Origin: Candidatus Eiseniibacteriota bacterium
Lineage (GTDB): Bacteria; Eisenbacteria; RBG-16-71-46
Direction of reading: 5' to 3'
Length of the DNA: 60,596 bases
NCBI GenBank assembly: GCA_013140805.1
Contig: JABFRW010000023.1
Coordinates: 1 to 60,596, forward strand
A program made the position numbers and the translations under genes. Positions 50,868-58,632 of the stretch are shown here, one piece after another. The first letter of the stretch is position 1; the number at the start of each line of letters is the position of its first letter. The notes under the pieces were generated by a model, which saw only the letters and a program-made list of their open reading frames with translations, did no database searches and was not told where the DNA came from.

Positions 50868-51116
50868 ATGGCTGAGAAGTCGTTTCTCGCGTCCGTAAAG
50901 GACGAGATCACGGAAGTGTTCGCCGCACAGTACGACGACCTCGTAGAGGTCACGACCGACGAGGAAAAGCTCGGCGCATCACTCAAGGCCGTTCAGAAGC
51001 GAGTCTGGGAGATCGTCGAGAAGCAGCTCAAGCAGAGCTACCTCAATGGCAAGAAGGCTGGCAACGGAAAGGTCTCGCTCGAGCAGCGCAAGCCCAACCC
51101 CTTCCGCAGGGAGTAG
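50868..51116 (+). CDS. hypothetical acidic/helical protein (82 aa)
   Basis: GGAGGG 8 nt upstream of the ATG at 50868. MAEKSFLASVKDEITEVFAAQYDDLVEV... Confidence 0.5.
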   Translation: MAEKSFLASVKDEITEVFAAQYDDLVEVTTDEEKLGASLKAVQKRVWEIVEKQLKQSYLNGKKAGNGKVSLEQRKPNPFRRE

Positions 51117-51280
51117 CCACGCGCCGTCGTATGCGCAAGCGCACCACGCGCCACCCCCCCCCGCTCGCGCGGAGGACCGAACCACGATTGAGACCTTTGC
51201 CGGATTGTCCGGCGGGTCAATGACGACTGGACGCCTCTGTGGCGACTTCAGGGAGGTGATCCTGACGAAAGGAGTCAGTC

Positions 51281-51706
51281 GTGCTCGTTTGCGAGCTGAC
51301 GACGCGCCGCTACGCCAACAAGCCGGTGGTGTCGATCCGCGGCCCCGACGACGTGGTCGCGATTCCTGCCATCCGGCGATTGCGAAAGGCCAAGCGCGAA
51401 CACTTCGTCGCGCTCTTGCTGAACGCTCGTCACGAGGTCGAATCACTCGAGACGATTTCGATCGGTAGCCTCAACGCCTCGATCGTCCACCCAAGGGAAG
51501 TCTTCCTACCGGCGGTCAAGGCCTCGGCCGCCTCGCTTGTGCTGGTGCATAACCATCCCAGCGGGGATCCGGAACCGAGTGAAGAAGATCTCTCGATCAC
51601 CAAGCGCCTCGTCGAAGGCGGCGAACTGCTCGGCATCGGAGTTCTCGATCACGTGATCATCGCTAGTCGAGGCGTGGTCTCGTTCAGAGCCAGGCAACTG
51701 CTGTGA
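51281..51706 (+). CDS. radC: RadC-like JAB/MPN domain protein
   Basis: AAGGAG 6 nt upstream of the GTG. LVLVHNHPSGDPEPSEEDLSITKRL is the JAMM motif HxHPSGxxxPSxxD. Confidence 0.85.
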   Translation: MLVCELTTRRYANKPVVSIRGPDDVVAIPAIRRLRKAKREHFVALLLNARHEVESLETISIGSLNASIVHPREVFLPAVKASAASLVLVHNHPSGDPEPSEEDLSITKRLVEGGELLGIGVLDHVIIASRGVVSFRARQLL

Positions 51707-52005
51707 AGGTCGCGCTCCAGCTCTTCCACGGACGGAAGGACCCGACCGAGGACATGGACGACTGGGGCGAGAAAGGCCCCGTCTTCCTGGTGGACTACGT
51801 CCACGTCACGTACCGCTCCGACCTCAAGCTTGGAATTCCCTCACCGGCCGGCGACGGCGACCTGAAGTTCGTAGACGATCTCGTCTTCTACGACGGGAGG
51901 TACTACGGCGATTGGTCCGTCTTCCCGGCCTCACTCATTCGCGTCGAGGACGAGCTGGCGCATCGCGTTCAGCCGTTCGATCCGCAGAAAGCGAGACTGC
52001 CATGA
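51703..52005 (+). CDS. hypothetical protein (100 aa)
   Basis: GTGA overlap with radC and ATGA overlap with the DUF932 gene, so it is translationally coupled. No recognised family. Confidence 0.5.
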   Translation: MKVALQLFHGRKDPTEDMDDWGEKGPVFLVDYVHVTYRSDLKLGIPSPAGDGDLKFVDDLVFYDGRYYGDWSVFPASLIRVEDELAHRVQPFDPQKARLP

Positions 52006-52724
52006 CGTTGATCGCTCACCGGGGAGGATGGGAGGCAACTCCCGCCGACCTGGCGTCAGTTCCAGTGCCCGATGACACGGACACCTGGAAGGCTGTTCCT
52101 TACCCTCGCCTGATCGAGGAAATAAAGCTCCACATTCCTCGCTTCGGCCTGAGGGTCGAAGACGAACGCTATGCCCTCGCTCGCGAAGGCAACCAGATGT
52201 TCGGCGTTCTCACCTGCCGCAACGGGGTGAAAGCGGACTGGGGCCTCGCAATTGGACTACGGTCGAGCTACGACCGCTCACTGGCTGTCGATCTCGTAGC
52301 CGGCGCTCGCGTCTTCGTCTGCGACAACCTCTCTTTCCACGGCGAGACCCAGGTCTCGCGCAAGCACACGGTCAACGTGTTCCGGGACTTGCCGGATCTG
52401 ATTTACCGGATGCTCTCGGACGTGTCGGCCATGAAGGCCAAACTCCAAGACGAGATCGAAGTGATGAAGGGCACCAAGCTCTCCAAGGGCAGGGCGCACG
52501 ACATCATGGTCCGGGCGGTCCGCTCGAATGCACTGCCGGCGAGTCGGCTTCCCAAGGTGATCGCCGGCTACGACGAGCTGGACAATAGCGACTTCGATCC
52601 GGAGACGGCCTGGGCGCTGTTCAACGCCTTCACGGCGGTGATTGGGCAGCAGAGCCCTTGGCAGCAGATGGACAACACCCTGCGACTGTCGCAGGTCTTC
52701 CGCGAAGCAATCTCGCACTGCTAA
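52002..52724 (+). CDS. DUF932-domain protein
   Basis: From the ATG at 52002: ...GNQMFGVL...GLAIGLRSSYDRSLAV.LVAGARVFVCDNLSF.GE...RKHT is the typical DUF932 core found on plasmids, ICEs and phages. Confidence 0.75.
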   Translation: MTLIAHRGGWEATPADLASVPVPDDTDTWKAVPYPRLIEEIKLHIPRFGLRVEDERYALAREGNQMFGVLTCRNGVKADWGLAIGLRSSYDRSLAVDLVAGARVFVCDNLSFHGETQVSRKHTVNVFRDLPDLIYRMLSDVSAMKAKLQDEIEVMKGTKLSKGRAHDIMVRAVRSNALPASRLPKVIAGYDELDNSDFDPETAWALFNAFTAVIGQQSPWQQMDNTLRLSQVFREAISHC

Positions 52725-52788
52725 GTTCACAGATCCAGGAATGGCCCGCCAGCTTGCTCGGGTTGGTCCCTGGAACGAAATCGACCAA

Positions 52789-52818
52789 CCCAGCTTCGCG
52801 ACGAGGCTGGGCTTTTTC
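52789..52818 (+). terminator. rho-independent terminator after the DUF932 operon
   Basis: cccagc-ttcgcgacgag-gctggg followed by cttttt. Confidence 0.55.
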
Positions 52819-52828
52819 ATTCGCTCTT

Positions 52829-53308
52829 CTACACGGGCACACAAAGGTCGGCCACGCGCCCAACGACATCCTTGATTTGGGCGTAGTACTTCTTGACCGT
52901 GTTCAACGTGACCGACGTAGGCCGGCCGTGAGAGATCGTGTTGCGGAGCGCGACGATGCTGTCGAGGGCGGCCTTCTTCTCGTCAACGACATATGCGGCC
53001 AGATCGCGGCGCCAGTCAGGGTCAAAATCAGCAACGACATCAAGAAGCCGCTGAGTGTTCAGATTGGTCAGTCGTCGCGTCCGCGCCTCGACATAGCGCT
53101 GGATGGTCTTGCCCGCGTTTCGCCGAGCGTGCTCGAGAACGAGCTCGATGACAGCCTGTTCGAAGAAACCAGAGACGAGTACGCACAAATACCGCGCGTG
53201 GTCCGAAAGCAATTCAAGCTCGCCGGCGACGCCAATGAGACCGCTCGCCCGCGCAAACGTGCCATCGAGCCTCTGTTGAAGACGTTGAACCTCGGCGCGG
53301 CCGGTCAT
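52829..53308 (-). CDS. HEPN-domain protein (MAE_28990/MAE_18760-like)
   Basis: 159-aa all-helical protein with the Rx4H motif in SIVALRNTISHG. 4-nt overlap with the upstream DUF262 gene. Confidence 0.65.
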   Translation of the reverse strand: MTGRAEVQRLQQRLDGTFARASGLIGVAGELELLSDHARYLCVLVSGFFEQAVIELVLEHARRNAGKTIQRYVEARTRRLTNLNTQRLLDVVADFDPDWRRDLAAYVVDEKKAALDSIVALRNTISHGRPTSVTLNTVKKYYAQIKDVVGRVADLCVPV

Positions 53309-54420
53309 TGAACATCAGCAAACGCCGCCGTCGCCAGCTCGAGGCGCGCCTGGACGTTGGCCTCCTGCGACGTTCCCGTTTCAACGGCTGCGATATACCC
53401 AGCATCGGCTAGAAGCGCTTCGTAGCGCTTTGCGAATCCCGCCTTGTCGTTGATGGGGCCGTGATCGAGCCGCCGGGCGACCGCGGTCATCAGGGAATCA
53501 ATGACGGCGGCGTTGAGTGCGCGCTTTGGTCTGAACGCGCGTTGGCCGAGGCCGGCTTGAATCGTGTCGATCGTGCGCATGAAGACGCTCTCCAGCACAT
53601 TCTCCGGCTGGCGTGCGAGGTGCCGGTTCGCTGCCATGTACCGGTTCAAGAAGTCCTTCATCGGGCTCGCGTATTTCGCGGAGTGGAAGTAGAGGGCGAA
53701 GAACCGCAGAATCATCTCGAGGTCTTTTAGCCGGCTGGAGCGCCGCCCATAGAGCTGGCGCCAAGGCTCGTGATCGTTCAGGTGACGCAAGACACCCACT
53801 AGCTCGCCGTGGTAAAGCGCGACGCGGATCTCTTGAGGTTGCAGATTGACCCCGCCGGTGTTCAGCCGCTCGAAGATGACGTAAATGCTGCTCTGGTCCT
53901 CCGACGGCTCGTCTTGGCGGACGACTGTTGCGTGGATGATGCTGTCGTCGAGGCGGCGGCGGTCCTCGGTGTCGAGGTCCTTGTAGCGCTTCCCAGCGAA
54001 GCGCTCCTGGACGCCCTGCAGCCGATACTCTTCGGCGTGGATTACGCCCTGGTAGTACGAGTGCAGCGTGAAGAGCCGCTGATGGCCGTCCAAAACAAGA
54101 AGTCGGCCCGACTGCTCCTTCACGAGGAAGATGCCCGGTACGGGGAGGCCCAGGAGAAGGGACTCGATGAAACGATCAGCCTTCGGGCGTGGCCAAACGT
54201 ATTCACGCTGGAATCCAACGATGGCACCGGGTTCTTTTGGCTCCCAGCTGAAACGCGGCACCAGAACGTCGTGGGCCTCGATTCGCTTCACGAGGGAGTC
54301 GACCGGGTAGTCGGCTCCGTACGCTGTGATCGAGTAGGTGAACGGAATGACCTCTGAGACCTCGTCGAGATCGTCAACCGGTTCTTCGGCGTGCTCCTTT
54401 GATTCGTCGTGATCGGCCAC
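53305..54420 (-). CDS. DUF262 (ParB/Srx-like, GmrS-type) domain protein
   Basis: FQREYVW, LLVLDGHQRLFTL (a DGQQR-motif variant) and IFERLNTGGVNL motifs. It lacks the DUF1524/HNH half of GmrSD-type enzymes. Confidence 0.85.
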   Translation of the reverse strand: MADHDESKEHAEEPVDDLDEVSEVIPFTYSITAYGADYPVDSLVKRIEAHDVLVPRFSWEPKEPGAIVGFQREYVWPRPKADRFIESLLLGLPVPGIFLVKEQSGRLLVLDGHQRLFTLHSYYQGVIHAEEYRLQGVQERFAGKRYKDLDTEDRRRLDDSIIHATVVRQDEPSEDQSSIYVIFERLNTGGVNLQPQEIRVALYHGELVGVLRHLNDHEPWRQLYGRRSSRLKDLEMILRFFALYFHSAKYASPMKDFLNRYMAANRHLARQPENVLESVFMRTIDTIQAGLGQRAFRPKRALNAAVIDSLMTAVARRLDHGPINDKAGFAKRYEALLADAGYIAAVETGTSQEANVQARLELATAAFADVQ

Positions 54421-54468
54421 CGTGCGTCTCCTTCTTGAGCACGCGGCGTTGTCGGCCGCAGGTGCGAT

Positions 54469-55302
54469 TCAGACCTCGTCGGATTCCGACTCCTCGAGAT
54501 CTTCCTCGGGTGCAACCACTCTGTCGGCGAAGGCCACCCAGCCTTCGAGCAACCAAGCAGGCAGTTGATCATGTCTGTGGACGGCGACTCTGGCGTTTGG
54601 ATAGGCCATTTGTGCCTCCAAGACGGTTCGGACAAGCAGGCTGCCAGGGCTCACTTGAACGGGTGCGACTAGGTCTGGGGCCCGCGTGATGTTTTCGCGA
54701 CTCTGAAGGTATAGCGGAACCACGTAGTTCATCTGGCCAAAGTACCAGTGACCTAGATGAAGTCCGCGATTCAAAGACCACTGAATGGCGCCAGAGACGG
54801 CGCACATTTGTGCGACCGGTGGCGTATCCCGAAGAAAAGGAACGCGATCAGCGTTGTCTCCGAGGATGTGGTCGTGGCTCATTACGATCTCCGCGCCGCG
54901 GTCAAAGGCCGGCGGCGGTGGGATGTCTGGGGGGGTTGGGAGTTCGGGCGCTGCAATGCGAGAGCCGGCCGCAACGAGCCGCCACGGCGACCGGCCTGTT
55001 TCGGCAAGGCGCTGGAACACGAGATAGAGCGGCGTCCCGTAGCGGGTCTGCAAATGTCCGGCGGTGACGTAGAACTGATTGTTGCGTTGCGTGAACCGGC
55101 CCTGCTCGATGCTCCACGGTACGTGCACTGCGAGGTACTTCTCCAACGCGTAGTGGTTATTTCCCCAGTGCTCGGATAGAGCCTCTCGCGCCAACCCTTC
55201 AAGCAGGTTGTCAGGAATGAAGGCGAATCCATGGAGGCGCGGAACGACCTTGCTCGTGTATGCGGAGCCCAGTTGCTCGAGCAGCTCTTCCTGTGTCGTC
55301 AT
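54469..55302 (-). CDS. DUF3825-like protein
   Basis: FAFIPDNLLEGLAREALSEHWGNNHYALEKYLAVHVPWSIEQGRF...QFYVTAGHLQTRYGTPLYLVFQR fits my memory of the DUF3825 N-terminal pattern. It has an acidic C-terminal tail (EEDLEESESDEV). Needs an HMM check. Confidence 0.5.
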   Translation of the reverse strand: MTTQEELLEQLGSAYTSKVVPRLHGFAFIPDNLLEGLAREALSEHWGNNHYALEKYLAVHVPWSIEQGRFTQRNNQFYVTAGHLQTRYGTPLYLVFQRLAETGRSPWRLVAAGSRIAAPELPTPPDIPPPPAFDRGAEIVMSHDHILGDNADRVPFLRDTPPVAQMCAVSGAIQWSLNRGLHLGHWYFGQMNYVVPLYLQSRENITRAPDLVAPVQVSPGSLLVRTVLEAQMAYPNARVAVHRHDQLPAWLLEGWVAFADRVVAPEEDLEESESDEV

Positions 55303-55367
55303 CGAACCGCCCCCGCCGGTGAGCTTCGATCTCGTTTTGTGGATAAGTCGCGGTTGACCATCGCCGT

Positions 55368-56147
55368 ATGAGTGATAGGGTTTACTCTAGAAGCTATCAC
55401 TCGGGCGCCGGGGCCGCGCGAACGACCCGCGAATCTAAGCCTCGCCAGCGGAACTCGCCATCCATGCGTGGACGACAGAACTCTATCATTCGACTCCCTG
55501 CCGGCCGCCCCAGGTCGCGCCAGAGGCCCGATCGCGCCAGCGCTCGACCCCCGACAGGGGGAAAGGATCGCCTCCCTCGGTACCTAACTCAGGACGAGCT
55601 CGGTCGCTTTCGTCGCGCGGTCGTGGTGGCGGGCAGATCGCGGGATGTCGCCCTGTTCGGTCTCATGTATCGCTTCGGACTTCGCGCGAGCGAGGCGACG
55701 CTCCTGCTTCTCGAAGACCTCGACCTCTCACGCAGTCGAATCCGGATCCGGCGCGCAAAGGGAGGCGACGCCAAGGAGTATCCCCTGCCCCGCGACTTGG
55801 TGCCGGCGATTCGGCGCTATCTCCGCAAGCGCGAGGACAAGGGTTCATTCCTCTTCACCGGTCGCGAGTCCAACAACCAGCACGGTTTGCGGGTCCTTGC
55901 GGTCCAGCGCTGGTTCAAGAAGTACGCCGCCGACGCACATCTCTCCCCTGCTATTGCTTCCCATTCGCTACGCCACTCGATCGCCGTGCACTCGCTCGAG
56001 GAGGGTTTCGGTCTCGAGTATGTCGCCGACCTGCTTGGCCACACGAGCATCCGCTCAACCGCGATCTACGCCAAGGTCACCACCCCGGCGCGAGAGGAGA
56101 TGATGCGCCGCCTAGATCGCAGCCGTCACGTGGTCTCGTGGAGCTAG
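55368..56147 (+). CDS. tyrosine recombinase, catalytic domain only (short, N-terminus Arg/Ser/Pro-rich)
   Basis: GLRASEA (Arg I), HSLRHS (HxxR), LGHTSIRSTAIYAKV (His..Tyr). The first ~75 residues are low-complexity, with no recognisable core-binding domain. Confidence 0.75.
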   Translation: MSDRVYSRSYHSGAGAARTTRESKPRQRNSPSMRGRQNSIIRLPAGRPRSRQRPDRASARPPTGGKDRLPRYLTQDELGRFRRAVVVAGRSRDVALFGLMYRFGLRASEATLLLLEDLDLSRSRIRIRRAKGGDAKEYPLPRDLVPAIRRYLRKREDKGSFLFTGRESNNQHGLRVLAVQRWFKKYAADAHLSPAIASHSLRHSIAVHSLEEGFGLEYVADLLGHTSIRSTAIYAKVTTPAREEMMRRLDRSRHVVSWS

Positions 56148-56402
56148 CCGGATGTGTTCATGAGCGCCCGGGTCGCTGGCCGGAGTCCAGTGTGCGACTT
56201 GAGTTGGCGGGCGATTACGCCGGCGAGCGCCGTGCAGCAGATCGCGAGGTCACCTGCGGCAGTCGTGTGTCCAGCGACACCCAGTCTTCCGCACATAGGC
56301 GACACCCAGATTCCCGCACCCATCCTCCAGTGAACTGTGCCGTGGACCACGACTTGCGCTGCGTCCTCCTTTCTAAGGCGACACCCACTGTTGCGCAGTG
56401 GC

Positions 56403-57191
56403 TCAGTTGCCCTGCTGGGTGACCGCGCGCTCGAGATCGCGGAGTCGATAGCTGCGGCCCTTGATGTCGAGCACGTGACTGTTGTGCAGCAGACGATCGA
56501 GGATGGCGGTGGCGAGGATCTCGTCGCCGGCAAGTACTTCGGGCCAGTCGCGGATCCCCTTGTTCGTGGTGATCAGGATGCTGCCGCGCTGGTAGCGATG
56601 GCTGACGAGGCGGAAGAACAGGCTCGCCTCCTGCCGCGTCATGGGCTCGAAGCCGACTTCGTCGATGATGACCAGCGAGGTGGAGAGGTACTTCTTGCTA
56701 CGCAGGCGCCGCGTCGGCAGATCGGCGTCGCGCTTCAACGCCGTGAGCAAGTCCTCGAGCCGGTAGAACACGACGCCGAAGCCGAGTTCGACGGCGCGCA
56801 TGCCGAGCGCGATCGCGAGATGCGTCTTGCCCACGCCGGGCGGGCCCTGGATCAAGAGTGTGCGGTTCTCGCGGATCCACTGACAGGTGGCCAGCGTCTC
56901 GATGCGGCTGCGCTCGAGTGCCGGCTGGAACGCGAAGTCGAAGTTGCCGAGCGTCTGTCCGGTCGGCAGCCCCGACAGCACCAGCGACGTGCGGACGCGG
57001 CGCTCGTCTCGAGCGCGCAGTTCGTGCTCGAGCATCCGGTCGAGGAACCGCTGCGGTGGCATCTCCTCGGCCACCGCCTCGCTGAGCCAGGTGGCGATCT
57101 GCTCGGCGGCATGCACCAGGCCGAGCTTGCCGAGTCGCTCGCGCGTGACGTCGAGGTCCATCGGCGGGCCAGTCACGTTGCGGGGCTTCAT
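56403..57191 (-). CDS. istB: IS21-family helper ATPase IstB
   Basis: LLIQGPPGVGKTHLAIALG (Walker A), LVIIDEVGF (Walker B). ATGA-type overlap with istA. Confidence 0.9.
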   Translation of the reverse strand: MKPRNVTGPPMDLDVTRERLGKLGLVHAAEQIATWLSEAVAEEMPPQRFLDRMLEHELRARDERRVRTSLVLSGLPTGQTLGNFDFAFQPALERSRIETLATCQWIRENRTLLIQGPPGVGKTHLAIALGMRAVELGFGVVFYRLEDLLTALKRDADLPTRRLRSKKYLSTSLVIIDEVGFEPMTRQEASLFFRLVSHRYQRGSILITTNKGIRDWPEVLAGDEILATAILDRLLHNSHVLDIKGRSYRLRDLERAVTQQGN

Positions 57192-58444
57192 CGCGCCACC
57201 TCCGCCAGCGCGGCGTACAGATCCAGCGGCCGGGTCTGCGGCGTCATCTCGGCGATCTCCTGGAGTCGGCGACCCATGCGCCCCAACGGCAGTGGCGGCA
57301 GGACCGCCTTCGTCGCCTCGCCTTCATAGTGGCGCGGATCGATCACGATCCGCTCGCGCCCGTGTCGCGGATGCTCGGCGATCACCTGTCCATCGGCCCA
57401 CACTTGCACCACCCGGCTGCAGCCGTGGACCGTCACCACTTTGCCCATGCGGGCGAACGGCACCGAGTAGCGCCGCGCCTCGAACGCCACCGTGCAGTCG
57501 GGCGCCACGGTCCGCGTCGCCACCAGGTTGAACGGTTCGGGCAACAGCGGAACCGGTGAGAGGAAGCGTTGCTCCGCCTGCCACGCCTCCCACACGCTGG
57601 TGCCGGTCGCCGGGCACACTCGCACCTGCGCCTCGCGCACCACGCGCTCGTCCGTCCACGCCTGCAGCTCGTCCCAGCCGGACCAGTCGCGTTCGCCGAC
57701 TTCGCGCCATGCACGGTCGGCGCCGATGCCGCGCTCGACCTTGCCCTTGGCCTGAGGATGCCGCACCGGACAAGGATCGATGTGGAACCGCACCGCCTTC
57801 GCATAGCGCCGGTAGCTCGGGTTGAGCTCGCCCCAGGCACCGGCGCCGCGACTCACCGCCGTCTTCGTGTTGTCGATCCGCACGCTCGCAGCGATGCCCT
57901 TGATCCGCCGGAAGCCTTCGTTGTGCACGTGGTGCCACGCGAGCTGGTCGGAGCGCGGTGACCAGACCCGTGCCCCGAACCGGCTGTGCGACAGCCGCAG
58001 GTGGAACTGATACGCGTACACCGGGCGACCCGAGATCCAGATCTTCGGCCAGTCGGCCCAGTCCGCCTGTGCTTGTGCGCCGGGCGGGGTCTCGACTCGG
58101 CGCCGCGCTCGCACCGCGGGCCTGGGGAAGTGTCGACGGAAGTAGCGCTGCAGCCCGCGCAGGCTGCCGGTGAAGTCGTGCTCGGCGATCAGCCACTCGT
58201 GCAGCGACGCCAGGTTCACCGGCCCGGTGCCGGCGTTCTCCAGGTAGTGCGCGATCGCCTCGGCCAACCCGGCCGCCCGCTGGACCTGTCGCGACCGGCC
58301 GTCCGCCGCACCCGCCTGCTGGCGATGCAAGTGATAACGCACCGTGCTCTCATCGACGCCCAAGATCCGCGCGATCACGCGACCGCTCTGCCCGCGCCGC
58401 GCCAACTCTGAGATCGTCATCCGTGCCTCCCGTCCGAGCTTCAT
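57188..58444 (-). CDS. istA: IS21-family transposase IstA
   Basis: N-terminal HTH (ISELARRGQSGRVIARILGVDESTVRYHL). DDE region: QADWADW...RIDNTKTAV...GKVER. Confidence 0.9.
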   Translation of the reverse strand: MKLGREARMTISELARRGQSGRVIARILGVDESTVRYHLHRQQAGAADGRSRQVQRAAGLAEAIAHYLENAGTGPVNLASLHEWLIAEHDFTGSLRGLQRYFRRHFPRPAVRARRRVETPPGAQAQADWADWPKIWISGRPVYAYQFHLRLSHSRFGARVWSPRSDQLAWHHVHNEGFRRIKGIAASVRIDNTKTAVSRGAGAWGELNPSYRRYAKAVRFHIDPCPVRHPQAKGKVERGIGADRAWREVGERDWSGWDELQAWTDERVVREAQVRVCPATGTSVWEAWQAEQRFLSPVPLLPEPFNLVATRTVAPDCTVAFEARRYSVPFARMGKVVTVHGCSRVVQVWADGQVIAEHPRHGRERIVIDPRHYEGEATKAVLPPLPLGRMGRRLQEIAEMTPQTRPLDLYAALAEVAR

Positions 58445-58632
58445 CGCGCGACTTCCTCCCGGGCCTGCCGGGAAGATGCCCGCCCCGCTCGTTCATGTCC
58501 GAATCGGGAGGTGGGTGCGGGAAACTGGCTGTCGCCTTACGGACAACCTAGGCTGTCGCGCGACAGTCGTGCGTCGACGGGTTGGGGAAAGGCCCCATGG
58601 TCGCCTCCCAAGGCCGCCTTGGGCATCGGGGA

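Larger units (their letters stand above)
41332..56147. mobile_element. integrative mobilisable/conjugative-type element (int-xis ... ssb, replication-relaxation, T4CP-like ATPase, radC, DUF932 ... second recombinase); right boundary not established
   Basis: Gene content is typical of ICE/IME backbones. It is visibly less GC-rich than the left half of the window. I could not find flanking att repeats for this element by eye. Confidence 0.5.
56268..58565 (-). mobile_element. IS21-family insertion sequence (istA + istB), 2298 bp, with a 6-bp target-site duplication GTCGTG
   Basis: The ends are TGTCCAGCGACACCCAG... (left) and ...CTAGGCTGTCGCGCGACA (right, imperfect inverted repeat). GTCGTG is present at 56262..56267 and 58566..58571. 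Subterminal repeats of ggcgacaccca appear three times on the left, with an inverted counterpart gggtgcgggaaactggctgtcgcc on the right. Confidence 0.8.
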
